Assembly: GCF_006345805.1 (NCBI RefSeq)
Contig: NC_043016.1
Coordinates: forward strand, 32,054,001 to 32,118,000
Origin: Octopus sinensis
Lineage: Eukaryota
DNA length: 64,000 bases
Reading direction: 5' to 3'
Below are positions 1 to 12,964 of the stretch, piece after piece (within the stretch, counting starts at the first letter, position 1; each line of letters starts with the position of its first letter). The notes beneath the pieces were generated by a model. The model did not search any database and had not been told where the DNA came from. It worked only from the letters and a program-made list of their open reading frames with translations. The position numbers were made by a program, and so were the translations under genes.

Positions 1-509
1 TATCTCAATAATATGGGAAAACAGATGTGTAACAAATAAACACAAATGTGTGCGTGTGCATGTGTGTGTGTGTGTGTGTGTGTAGGTTTCCAAAGAGTGT
101 GTATACACAGCGAATGAGTATAAAAATCAATGTTTATTGAAATACAATTCATTTTTAAAATTTAATTAAGTTTGCAAAGAAACATTTAATTATTCTATGA
201 ATACATGTTTCCAAACTAATGACTGTTCTGGTTCCAAGCTCTGCTGATAACACTAAGCAATAGAATTACAATCATCAAAGATTATTTCATTCAATATTTG
301 TGTATATTCTCGTTCAATATCCTCCTTCAATTCGTTGCCAGTTTTGTAGAGTAAACTTTATTTTACGAGTATTTCCATAAAAATGCCTTGTGCTAATGAG
401 GTCCAGTGATCACAGGGGCTACTCTACTGAACCTCCTCTTCCCAAGCCATCTGTTTAGCAAAATCATCTAGGTAGACCTTTACATTTGCTTTGCAACCAC
501 CTGACTTCT

Positions 510-900
510 GTGGAGGTGCATGGCTTAGTGGTTAGGGGTGTTGGACTCAAGATCATAAGATTGTGGTCTCGATTCCTGGACTAGGTGATGCATTGTGTCC
601 TTGAGTGAAACACTTCATTTTATGTTGCTCCAATCAACTCAAATGGCAAAAATTAGTAATCTGGTATCCTGTCCAGGTGAGGATTTATATGCCATGGAAA
701 CTGGCCCTTATGAGTCAGCATGACTTGAGAAGATAACTTTAACCTTTTAGTGAAGGGATGTGGCTTAGTGGTTGGGGTGTAGGACTCCTGATTTTTAAGA
801 TTGTGGTTTCAGTTCCCGGACCGGGTGATGTGTCATATTTTTGAGCAAAGCACTTCGTTTCACATTGCTCCAGTCGGCATAACTCGAGAAGGTAACTTTA
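510..900 (+). mobile_element. Two degraded tRNA-derived SINEs (tggcttagtggttagg A-box heads) inserted in the Tc1 fossil
   Basis: A-box/B-box-like heads at ~515 and ~755 followed by the gtgtccttgagcaa-type central domain. Confidence 0.7.
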
Positions 901-1423
901 CCTACTTTTTTTACATTACCATGGTTTGTTAGGGCACCCCCATCTTGCTGGAAATAAAGCTCCACATCTTCAAAGACCCTTTGAATGCTTGGCATGACAG
1001 ATGTCACAGCACATTTAAGGTCATGGGATCATCCACAGAACTATTAAAATGAATGGTTCAGTTAACCCTTTTGATAATAAACCACAATCATACAGTAACT
1101 CCTGATAAATTAACATGATATGTAAATTCTCATTTCCCCAGTGGGAGCAACTGTGATCATTAATTGTGCCATTTCATTTAAATATAGCCTCATTATTCCA
1201 AATAATCTTTGTTGGATGTATGCATCTTTTACACATCTTACCAAGTACCACTCATAAAACACCCCTCTTTCACCTAGATCATCTTCACTGAGAGCATGGA
1301 TCATTCTTTGAATGTAACTTTTCCAATGAATGCTTCAAAATGAAATAAACGTTTGATTTTGAAATTCCAGTCTCAAGACTTGCTTGCTGCACAGATTTTC
1401 TTGAACTCTGTCAACAAGTTTCT

Positions 1424-1656
1424 TATTTCTTTATTGCCCACAAGGGGCTACACAGGGAGGGGACAAACAAGGACAGACAAACAGATTAAGTCGATTATAT
1501 TGACCCCAATGCGTAACTGGTACTTATTTAAACGACCCCGAAAGGAGGAAGGGCAAATTCGACCTTGGCGGAATTTGAACTCAGAATGTAACAGCAGACG
1601 AAATACCGCTAAGCACTTTGCCTGGCATGCTAATGTTTCTGCCAGCTCCCTGCCTT
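1424..1656 (-). mobile_element. tRNA-derived SINE, family B (aaggcggcgagctggcagaa... head) with 19-bp TSD
   Basis: TSD actctg(t/g)caacaagtttct at 1405-1423 and 1657-1675. Related copies at ~20720-20905, 23420-23800, 34605-34845, 45870-46060 and 56140-56880. Confidence 0.85.
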
Positions 1657-3774
1657 ACTCTGGCAACAAGTTTCTAGGACCCTTCCTTGCATTGTAGAAC
1701 TTGTTGATGCCCACCAGCTTCTAGAATGTTCCTTGTGGACATTCTGAACAGTTAAATTTATCTACGTTCAGATGAAGTACTGAAGGGTGATGGACGACAG
1801 ACAAAGTGCTGAAGGATGACGGACAGAGTGCTGAAGGATGATGGATGAAGCACTGAAGGATGACTTCAGGACACTGAACCTTTCAGATGAGGTGACAAAG
1901 GACTGAGATGCTGTACGCAAGAAGATGAGTACACAACAGCAGAAATGTTAAGGCCACCCTCACTGGGGAAGAGCATTGGCCTGCAAGGGTTCAGTGCCAG
2001 TGTCAGTGTCAAGTAATAGTGCTTCTGCAGTGCCATGCAAAAAGCACTCTTGCCACATAATAGCACTCATGCAGTGTCATGTAAAAGCAGCCAGCACACT
2101 CTGTAAAGTGGTTGGTGTTAGGAAGGGCATCCAGCTGTAGAAACCATGTTAAAGCAGACTACTCAGCTGGCCAGCTCAAACTGTCTAATCCATAGCAACA
2201 TGGGCAATGAAAGATGATAATGTGTGTGTGTGTGTGTGTGTGTTATTGTCTCCTTGCCTTGACATCATGTGATAGCAGTAATTAAGTGTTACCATCATGC
2301 AAGTGGTGTCTTTGTTTTCAGTTTTCCATAAAAATATGTCTGGCCAAGGTGAGATATTACCTTGCTTGGAAACAGGTGAGGGTTGGTGATAGGAAGGGCA
2401 TCCAGCCTAAAGAAAATAAACCTCAACAAATTTTGTCTGACCCATGCAAGCATGGAAAAGTGGTGGTTAACACGACGATGACGATGATAACGATGATGAT
2501 AATGATGATGGTAGTAGTGGTGGTAGTAATGAAGAGGAAGAGGACAACGATGAGGGTGGTGATCTGTACTTACATATATATGCATACATCGGCATATTTG
2601 TAGCAAATTTATATTCTCTCAAATCTGAGGTGGAAGACAAAGTCATTTACGACAAGAATTGAACTCTGAACACGAGGAAATTAACCTTCAGTACCATCAT
2701 GATCATCGTCATGATCATGATTATCATCATCATCACCGTCACTTTATCATACCCACACCCATCATTGTGACGATGACTGCTTCATAAATGATTTTTTTTT
2801 AAAGGTATTTATAAAAGATAAATAGAATTTTTAATGTTCATGCCTTTCCGGAGAGCAAGGAAAATAAAAATGGAAGGGTTGCTAACTAATGAAAGTTGAA
2901 ACCAAATATTGAATCAATTGACCGACATATTACTGTCAATAAGAATGGGATGGATGTATATAACCAAAACTAAGGTGCATAACTCATTTTCTAAAAAAAT
3001 AATACTTATCTATCTTCAAAGTGTTTCGCAGTATGTAACCAAAATAAAGGAGAGTAACTCATCCTTTTTTAAGTTAGAGTTATGTCCCTTGAAGTAATTC
3101 AAAGTATACAATCAAATAGTTAAAAAATACTGCTGCTGCCACCACCACCACCACCATCATCGTCGAGTAAGGAAAGAAACTAAAGTTTATGACTGAAATC
3201 TATTTCAAGCAATGAATTTCATTGAACGAGTCAATCGCGTAATAAATTGCGGGAGTCAGATGATTTGCTGGAATGAGGAGGTAAAACTTTAACCCTGTAG
3301 CTTTCAAATCACTCTGTTAAATACTCTCTTTACTCTTACTCTTTTACTTGTTTCAGTCATTTGACTGCGGCCATGCTGGAGCACCGCCTTTAGTCAAAAA
3401 CAAATCGACCCCGGGACTTATTCTTTGTAAGTCTAGTACTTATTCTATTGGTATCTTATACCGAACCATTAAGTGACGGAGACATAACCACACCAGCATT
3501 GGTTGCCAAGCGATGCTAGGAGACAAACATACACACACACATATATGTACATACGACAGGCTTCTTTCAGTTTGTGTCTACCAAATCCATTCACAAAACT
3601 TAGGTCGGCCTGAGGCTATAGTAGAAGACACTTGCCCAAGATGCCACGCAGTGGGACTGAACCTAGAACCATGTTACTTACCACACAACCACTCCTGCAC
3701 CTATTATTTTATTCAAATTGTTTTGAATTAATCATGCATTATCTTATAGCTTTGAGGTTTCAATGATGTGATTT

Positions 3775-4120
3775 ACTCTTTTACTCTTTCTACTTGTTTC
3801 AGTCATTTGACTGTGGCCATGCTGGAGCACCGCCTTTAGTCGAGCAAATCGACCCCGGAACTTATTCTTTGTGAGCCCAGTACTTATTCTATCGGACTCT
3901 TTTGCCGAACCGCTAAGCGACGGGGACGTACACACACCAGCATCGGTTGTCAAGCAATGCTAGGGGGTCAAACACAGACACACAAACACATACACACACA
4001 CACACATATATATATATATACATATATACGACAGGCTTCTTTCAGTTTCCGTCTACCGAATCCACTCACAAGGATTGGTCGGCCCGGGGCTATAGCAGAA
4101 GACACTTGCCCAAGATGCCA
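3775..4120 (-). mobile_element. SINE family A copy (most abundant family; tRNA head, ccttgggcaagtg CORE-like box, internal (TA/CA)n, aaaagagt tail)
   Basis: About 20 similar copies in the window, e.g. 3325-3700, 4790-5160, 5795-6250, 14675-15058, 17401-17808, 24715-25090, 26295-26710, 39617-39958, 48058-48540, 52795-53045 and 59550-59815. Confidence 0.88.
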
Positions 4121-4974
4121 CAGAACGTCAGTGTGAATATTTAGACTGGATATGGCAGGATTAAATACTAAACAGTTAAATTCTAATCTGGCGTTTTAAA
4201 ACAAAGATTTGTGTTTGCATGTGCACAAAATGTATGTCTATCTATCTATCTATCTATTTATATTTATATAAATAAGGAAATGTAGGGATAAGTGTGTTAG
4301 ACAGATCAACATATAAAATATATTAAATACATGAAACACAAAAAATGTGTATAGGTTTACATACAAAAAACTCTGACTTACACAGAATACAAATAATACA
4401 GAGAATTAAAGGGGGTTGAGGAAAAATATTACAAATCTAACAGCTCTTCCTGGGGGCTTGGTGGTCCAAAATAGTATTTGTGGATTGAGTCCATCGTATG
4501 ATGAGACAAGCCTCCATCTTCAGGGAAGCAACCTTACATTTGAGGTGTTAAGCATATATACATTTTTAAAATTTCTTGTATTTAATATACTTTATGTATT
4601 GATCTGTCTCATTTGCTTATCTTGGCATTCACTGCTATACCTGCTCAAGTTTAAACCTGTTGAGGGACTACAAGGTGTATTCTATACAGAGAATATCTGG
4701 ATCTCATGTATGAACTATATATCTATATCAATATATATGTAAATATATATATATATATATATTGATAGCTCTTTTATCCGTTGACTTTTAGTTGTTTCAG
4801 TTGTTAGACTGTGGCCATGCTAGGGTTCTGCCTGGAACAATTTTTAGATAAATGAATCAACCACCCTAATAATTATTTTCTTTTTAAGCCTGGAACATAT
4901 TTTATCAGCCTCTTTTGCCAAAGCACTAAGTTATAGACACATAAACACACGAACACTGGTTGTAAAGTGGTGGT

Positions 4975-5014
<40 letters not shown>

Positions 5015-5190
5015 ATGGGCTTCTTTGTGTTTCTGTCTGCCAAACTCACTAGCAAGGCTTCGGTTGGTTTGAGGTTATAGTCGAAGACATTTGCCCAAGG
5101 TGCTACACAGTGCGACTGAAATCAGAACCATAGGAAGCTAATTTCTTACCACACAGCATGTATATGTCTATGTATGTATGTGAATATATT

Positions 5191-5228
<38 letters not shown>

Positions 5229-5290
5229 TTGCTCGACTAAAGACGGTGCTCCAGCATGGCCACAGTCACATGACTGAAACAAGTAAAAGA

Positions 5291-5321
<31 letters not shown>

Positions 5322-6035
5322 ATGTAGCTCTTGATAGACAAAAAGGCAGCATAGTCAAGTCTGAAACACTTTAATCAAACAAAACTGATCTGGAAGTAAA
5401 CAACAACAAAACTATTTGCCACCACCACTACCACCATCACAACCATCACTACCGCTGCCACCACCACCACCACCATTACCACCACCACTACCTTCATACT
5501 GTAATGGTGGGGGTAGATATCTAGTCAGAGCATACAGCACTTGGTTTAAAAATAGCATAGAGAAACAACTTAGGCCAGCTGGCAGCTATGCAGATCATTA
5601 TCAAGTTCAGTGATCTCTTTCTCAGAAACTGAAAACTTTTTGATGTGCTCTGTGTATGAGATAGAGAGGGAGAGAAGGAGAGAGAGAGAGAGAGAGAGAG
5701 AGAAAATGAAAGGGAGAAAGTAACTGAAGAAGAGGGGCTAAGTTTATAGCTATACATGCATAATGTCTGCATGTGACATACATACATACATATTCTTTTA
5801 TTCTTTTATATGTTTCAGTCATTTGAATGCGACCATGCTGGAGCACCACCCTGAAGTGTTGAACAATTTGATCTCAGGTCAATTTGTTGAACAATTTGAC
5901 CTCAGGACTTTTTTTTTTGTCAACCTAGTACTTATTCCGTCACTCTCTTTTGCCGGACTGCTAAGTTACAAGGACATAAACAAACAAACAGTAGCTATCA
6001 AGTAGTGATGGGGAGATAAACACAGACACAAAGAT

Positions 6036-6091
<56 letters not shown>

Positions 6092-6245
6092 CAGGCTTCT
6101 TCCAGTTTCTGCCTACCAAATCCACTTGTAAGGCTTTGGTCGGCCTGAGGCTATAGTAGAAGACACACTTTCCCAAGGTGCTACATAGTGGGACTGAACC
6201 TGGAACCATGTCTTGGGAATCAAGCTTCTTACCACACAACCACAC

Positions 6246-6277
<32 letters not shown>

Positions 6278-6739
6278 GCATTAATATCTATACATGGATA
6301 AGGTGTTGAGCTGACAGAAGTGTTTGGATGCTAGACAAAATGCCTTGTGGCATTTCTTCCAACATTACGTTCTGAGTTCAAATACAGCTGGGGCAGACTT
6401 TAATCTTTCATCCTTTTGGAGTTGAAAGGAGTTGAATATTGGGGTCAAATATAATCAACACACACCCCACCACCACCAACACCACCTTCCCAAATTTGCT
6501 GGCATTGTGCCAAAATGTGAAACCAGTATTTATAAATGCATAGATATTAACTCACACCATCTCCTTCAATCACTTTCCTGTTCTCCCAACCACATGGTTC
6601 CATTTTCTATTCTTTAACCATTTATTATTCAAACCAGGCCATATCTGGCCCCAAAATTCTATCTGCTTTTTGTTCAAATTGGTCATGTCCAGCTTCTCAC
6701 ACCTACTCTACATTGTCATTCTAAAAATAAACAATATAC

Positions 6740-7104
6740 AGGCACAAGAGGGGCTGTGTGGTAAGTAGCTTGCTTACCAACCGCATGGTTCCGGGTTCAG
6801 TCCCGCTGCGTGGCATCTTGGGCAAGTGTCTTCTACTATAGCCTCGGGCTGACTAAAGCCTTGTGAGTGGATTTGGTAGACGGAAACTGAAAGAAGCCCG
6901 TTGTATATATATACGTGTATATGTGTGTGTTTGTACCCCCAACATTGCTTGTGTGTTTACGTCCCCGTAACTTAGCGGTTCGGCAAAAGAGACCGATAGA
7001 ATAAGTACTAAGCTTACAAAGAATAAGTCCCGGGGTCAATTTGCTCGACTAAAGGTGATGCTCCAGCATGGCCACAGTCAAATGACTGAAACGAGTAAAG
7101 AGTA
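6740..7104 (+). mobile_element. SINE family A, nested in a piggyBac-like MITE (6614-7213)
   Basis: Full head-to-tail match to other family A copies; the flanks join into the MITE-2 consensus. Confidence 0.85.
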
Positions 7105-7483
7105 ATCATATCATTGTAATCTCAAAGCTATGATATAATTCATGATTAATTCAAAGCAATGTGAATAAATAAGCATTACATTTGACATGAGTCATCTAAA
7201 CGCCAAAAGGTTAGAATGTCCAATGGAGGCATGTTGTTTAGTTGTTAAGTTGTTGAATTCATGATCATAAGATTGTAGTTTCAATTCCTGGACTGACCGA
7301 TGTATTGTACTCTTGAACAAGACACTTCTAGTTGCTCCAGTTCACTCTGCTGACAAAAAATGAGTATTTGCTGAAATGGACTGGTGTCTCATGAAAGATC
7401 TTTATCCATTTTAGAATGTCTAAGGATATATTTTTACATCATCAAACCAAGAAGTTTAGAACAAAGGGGACTAGCAGATATAT

Positions 7484-7697
7484 ACTCTTACTCTTTACTC
7501 TTTTACTTGTTTCAGTCATTTGACTGTGGCCATGCTGGAGCACCGCCTTTAGTCGATCAAATTGACCCCGGGACTTATTCTTTGTAAGCCCAGTACTTAT
7601 TCTATCGGTCTCTTTTGCTGAACCGCTAAGTGACAGGGACGTAAACACACCAGCATCGGTTGTCAAGCAATGCTAGGGGCACAACACAGACACACAA

Positions 7698-7728
<31 letters not shown>

Positions 7729-7899
7729 CATATATACGACAGGCTTCATTTAGTTTCCGTCTACCAAATCCACTCACAAGGCATTGGTTGGCCCGGGGCT
7801 ATAGCAGAAGACACTTGCCCAAGATGCCACACAGTGGGACTGAACCCGCAACCATGTGGTTGGTTAGCAAGCTACTTACCACACAGCCACTACTGCGCC
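7484..7899 (-). mobile_element. SINE family A, full length
   Basis: Matches the family A consensus end to end. Confidence 0.88.
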
Positions 7900-8174
7900 T
7901 ATATAAAGTTATATAAACAGAAATTCTAAAAAATATTGTACTACCTCTATCTAGAAACACCCATGTTAAATAAATATATAAATAAATAAATAAACAAACA
8001 AGCCTGATAAAAAGTTAAGTATTTACATTATTTTCCCTTGTTTTTTATTTTTTCCGGTTTTTTGGGGGGGTTGTTTTATTTTTTTTTCCTTAATACTGGC
8101 AACCAGGTTTTCACCATCAGTCAAAGATAAAAGAATTATCTAAGCATTCCCTCTCTATTTCGACCCTGATACAT

Positions 8175-8202
8175 GTGTTTGAGTGTGTGTGTGGTGTGTG
8201 TT

Positions 8203-8236
<34 letters not shown>

Positions 8237-8475
8237 GTGTGTGTGTGTGTATGTGTGTGTTGTGTGTGTGTTGTGTGTGTGTGTTTGTGTGTGTGTATTT
8301 ATGTGTGTATGTATGTAAGTTTGTGAGCATATATATATATGAATATACAGACACATACATACATACATACATATCTATATACATACATAGATATAGATAG
8401 ACAAATAAAGAGAGATACATACATACACATGTGTGTGTATGTGTGTATATATATATATGTATATATATATATATA

Positions 8476-8517
<42 letters not shown>

Positions 8518-8520
8518 GTA
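8175..8520. repeat. Compound (GT)n/(TA)n microsatellite
   Basis: Direct inspection. Confidence 0.95.
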
Positions 8521-8651
8521 AAGAAATACAAACTGGGACAAGAACGCAAAACATTTAGAAGACGATACAAAAACATGGACGGGACATTCGAAGCCTTCAA
8601 TCTTCAGTCAAGAACTGGATCATCCTCACAATTTCGGCTGTAGATATATAT

Positions 8652-8683
<32 letters not shown>

Positions 8684-8929
8684 CATTTGGGATTTTTTGG
8701 CTTTTTTTTTTACAGGAACCCACTATATCGAGTGCGGAGATTATATGTTTATATGTATACATATAAACGTGTGTGTGTGTATCTATTTATCTATCTATAC
8801 ACGGGCATACACACTTGTACGTAAAAATACATGTTCTGATAAATCTATCTATCCATTTACTTGCACGTTAGACTACACATGTTTGACTACACAAACATTA
8901 TTCCATTTAAAAAAAAAAAAATAAACAGT

Positions 8930-9321
8930 AGGCACAGGAGTGGCTGTGTGGTAAGTAGCCTGTCTACCAACCACATGGTTCCGGGTTCAGTCCCACTGCG
9001 TGGCACCTTGGGCAAGTGTCTTCTACTATAGCCTTGGGCCGACCAAAGCCTTGTGAGTGGATTTGGTAGACGGAAACTGAAAGAAGCCCGTCGTATATAT
9101 GTATATATATATATGTATGTGTGTGTGTGTTTGTCCCCCTAGCATTGCTTGACAACCAATGCTGGTGTGTTTATGTCCCCGTCACTTAGCGGTTCGGCAA
9201 AAGAGATCGATAGAATAAGTACTGGGCTTACAAAAGAATAAGTTCCGGGGTCGAGTTGCTCGATTAAAGGCGGTGCTTCAGCATGGCTGCAGTCAAATGA
9301 CTGAAACAAGTAAAAGAGAGT
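8930..9321 (+). mobile_element. SINE family A, full length
   Basis: ggcacaggagtggctgtgtgg head through aaaagagagt tail. Confidence 0.88.
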
Positions 9322-10015
9322 AATATTTGTTCATTTACAAAATGTTTTTCTTTTCAATTCTTGCCTACTCTGAACATTTTTCTTCAAATTAATTCTAGTC
9401 TATTTCCTTATTTATTGTATTTGTATTTAGTATATTGAAAACTAGCAAGCATAAACATTTTTTTACAGGCTAACTTGTTTTTCTTTTCAGTCTTCTTATC
9501 ATCAGGTGATTTTGATTACAGCTTATCTCCCTTGTATTACCTCTCGCTACATAATTAATTTACTTGTTAGGAATTTCCTTCCAACAACTTCTATTAATGT
9601 ATCAGTATATTTGTAATTATTTACATGTGTAAATACTAGAGAGTCTATGAGTAGGTTTGTATACATCTTTGTATGACTAAATCTTTTACTCGTTTCAATC
9701 ATTAGACTGTGACCATGTAGGGGCACCGCCTTGAAGAATTTTGTTAGCCAAATGTGCTGACTCCAGAAAAGCAGACCATTTTCTTAGGAAATTTTTGCCT
9801 GCTGCTCTAAAAAGCTTCCCCACCCCTGGTTTATATTGATCAGATGTTCATGCCATTCATTAGTCCACACCTTCCGTCAAATTGACGTCACCTGAATAGG
9901 TGAACAGTGTACTATGCATCAGGTGCCGAAGTGACTGTAGAGCAACATGAGATGAAGTGTTTTGCTCAAGGACACCATACACACCTGGTCCATGAATTGA
10001 AACTACAATCTTCCA

Positions 10016-10229
10016 TTTTGTACATTATTTACATTATTTACAATAGACGGATATTTGTCCTCATCTTGTTTGTCGTTAACACAATGTTTCGGCTAATATA
10101 CCCTCTAGCTTTCATCAGATGTCTTGGGGAAATTTCGAACCTGGGTTCTCATGCTCACGGGCATGTGGTGTAGTGGTTAAGAGCGCAGAATACTAACTCC
10201 AAGATTTCAAGCTCGATTCCAGGTAGTGA

Positions 10230-10266
<37 letters not shown>

Positions 10267-10447
10267 TAATAATAATAACAACATCGGGAAAATACCTTAG
10301 GAATGAGAACCCAGGTTTGAAATTTCCCCAAGACACCTGATGAAGGCTGGAGTGTATATCAGCTGAAACATTGTGTAATAATAAACAAGATGAAGGCAAA
10401 TATCTGTAAATAATGTACATAATTCTCATCTCTTAAACATAGAACTG
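10016..10447 (+). mobile_element. tRNA-head/(AAT)n/hammerhead-core short element (family H) preceded by an inverted partial copy, 12-bp TSD
   Basis: TSD tacaatcttcca at 10004-10015 and 10448-10459. Inverted arm 10016-10152. CTGATGA at 10337-10343, stem GGCTG/CAGCT, GAAA at 10365-10368. Confidence 0.8.
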
Positions 10448-10819
10448 TACAATCTTCCAGTCATGTGTGAACGTATATAAATACAAACACACAGCGTACA
10501 CACACACACACATGGAAGATGTTAGTATCTTGTAGTCTGAGAAAGAGTTCTGCAAATTCTTGCTGAAAAGCCTGCAGTAATTTGTTTTATAGTAATCAAA
10601 TGTATGTGCTGTATGTCAATTGTTCCATTAAATTGTTGTTACCTGTACAGGTGTATAGTGTGCCACTTTCCTGTTGAAGTGATAGCAGAGCAATTTGAGA
10701 TTAAGTGTTTTGTTCAAGAAGGCACCACCTGGTCCTGAAATTGAAATCATGATGCCACTAGGCCATGTGACCTCAATATAAATATATTTGCCAACCAAGT
10801 CAGAAGGGTAAGGACCCGA

Positions 10820-11145
10820 CCCATCAATCATGAATGACCATGGGACTGCACCTAGAAAGTTCCCCTCTGAGGCACAAGTCCGGGCAAGGTTGTTTATGGA
10901 AGATCAGCAGTTGCGCATGCATACCACCCTCTCCTCTGCACACCATCAATGTTGTCCAAGGGAAAGGCAAAGGGCGATACAGCTTGGCACCAGTGACGTT
11001 GCGACTCATTTCTACAGCTGAGTGAACTGGAACAACATGAAATTAAGTGTCTTGCTCAAGAACACAATACACAGTCTGATCTGAGAACCGAACTCACTAC
11101 CTCATGATTGCAAGCCTGATGCTCGAACCACTGAGCCATGCACCT
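10820..11145 (-). mobile_element. tRNA-derived SINE, family D (catggctcagtgg head, ttgagcaagacactt domain)
   Basis: Similar copies at 15935-16255 (+) and 46430-46895 (-, 3' part duplicated). Confidence 0.8.
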
Positions 11146-12964
11146 TAAGAGTAGCATCATTCAAAAGCAAAGAGAATATGAAGTGTATTGTGACCAGTGA
11201 TGTACAACATCCTGTGGTCTAGTCGATACTTTTAACTTTCAAATCGAACAGAATGCCAGTCTACTACAAGATTACCCATTCACATTTGAGTGGACTGAGG
11301 CACCGTGAAATAAAATATCCCTTGAGTCACAGGGTGCTAGACTAAGACTGTTGTTAAGCTGCTATGGATCTGATTCATGCTGGATCACCAGGTGGAGAGG
11401 AACTGAAATGAAATTACAAACAGAATGGTCAGCCTCATTCAGAAATGAGCTGAAAAGAAGATACTCTGAATAGTTAGGCAGAAGTAGCAAGTATATCCAT
11501 AATTGTTGCTTCTTATAACTGCCTGGCCATTATGCCATGCCTCTGTTTTCAGTTGGTCAAGTTGGAGAGTATTTGTACATTTGCTTCTTATACAGAAGGG
11601 ATATATTCCACAGGTCAGAGGATCCATTTGCCTACCAATACTCACTGCACAGAGAGGTCAGTATACCATGGCCTGAAGATGTGACAGCATTCACTGAAGC
11701 TGCAGAATCTACTGAGATTTTTATATAGCAAACAGGTGTGGTCACCAGCTTGTCTCTTTGATGGAGCTGATGACTTCAGTAGAGATTAGGTAGCTGTCAT
11801 CTGTATTGTCGTTTGGTTGTTACAAATCTTTACCAAATAGGCAACATGGATGATGGTACAGCAATCTTTGCATCAACCCTCTAGGGTTAGTGTAGATAAA
11901 TGCACTGATATTCTCAAGGAATATCATATCATTTACAAATATCAATAAAACAGACTTTTCATAATGAGGATGATGTATAACACTGGGAAATTCCTACCTG
12001 ACTGACAGCATTAACTTGGAGCATTACTGGTTTAGAATAAATTCTACAGATAAAGCAGTACTATCTAAGATGTATGTAGCATAACAAAACCATTTGGGAT
12101 GCACTCAACCATTGCTTTGGCATTGCTGGTTTGTAGAGTTATGTCAAACAACTCCTCTCAGGATAAATGTGGCTCGCAACCAAATCCATTTTTAAGATTA
12201 CCATGTTGCCTTCATTTAGATAAGAAAGGTACCGTTTTCTTCTTTTGTCTATAATGACAAAGATTTACAATGCTCTGCATGTGAACCTCCTCCAGCGCTT
12301 TCTATATGACCTGGGAGGGCTTGTACCCTCCACTGCTACCATTAAGTAGATTACTGGAACTTTGATTACCATGACTTTACCTGGGATGAATACTAAAATG
12401 GTTTCCTGTTGCCTTCTCTTGGTAGGTTGGATTTGAACTCAGAATGTAGAGAACCAGAAGATATACTGTAAACATGTGGCCTCTTTGGCCAAGCCCTCAT
12501 CATTGTCTTCAATACTGAGAGAAAGTAAGAATAGTGAGGAAAGTGCTACCCTTCAGTGGATTTGTTGAAAGGGAGATGAATGAGAAAAGTGAGAATGATT
12601 AAGTGAATGGGTTTATTCTCAGTATGTACCTGTAGCCAGGAGAACAATGTTGGGAGAGGCCAGCATTACCCTTGGTAATTAGAGCAATCCAGAATCTGTA
12701 ACATTCCTTGATTGGCTGAGCCCACACCTATTGGGACATAATATTTCATCATTTTTCAATACTATTATTTTCCATGGCTGTTATTCTAACAATCAATTTT
12801 GCATAAACCCCAGCCATTTATTTTTTAAACTTGTCTTTGTAATGTCTTCTCACACATTGTCCTAATAGCAAATAACAGTAATCATCATCGTCATTAATTA
12901 CTATTACAATTGTACATGCATATTTAATTAGCAGGTATTTTATCCTAATGTTTGGTGACAACAG

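Larger units (their letters stand above)
205..1770 (-). mobile_element. Tc1/mariner-superfamily transposase fossil interrupted by SINEs
   Basis: Frameshifted minus-strand peptides SRKSVQQASLETGISKS, HALSEDD, FYEWYL, IIWNNEAIFK, YFQQDG, RWLGRGG and KNKVY follow Tc1-like DDD/E transposase order. Confidence 0.8.

Noticed and set aside
8117-8643. Overlapping ORFs rich in YI/CV/HT dipeptides (also at 40406-40741, 57638-58018, 58413-58774)
   Set aside because: Translations of microsatellites.
11400-12420. Unique-looking 1-kb segment with a faint TDDSYLIS (YADD-like) peptide on the minus strand
   Set aside because: Possibly a very old LINE, but too degraded to call.
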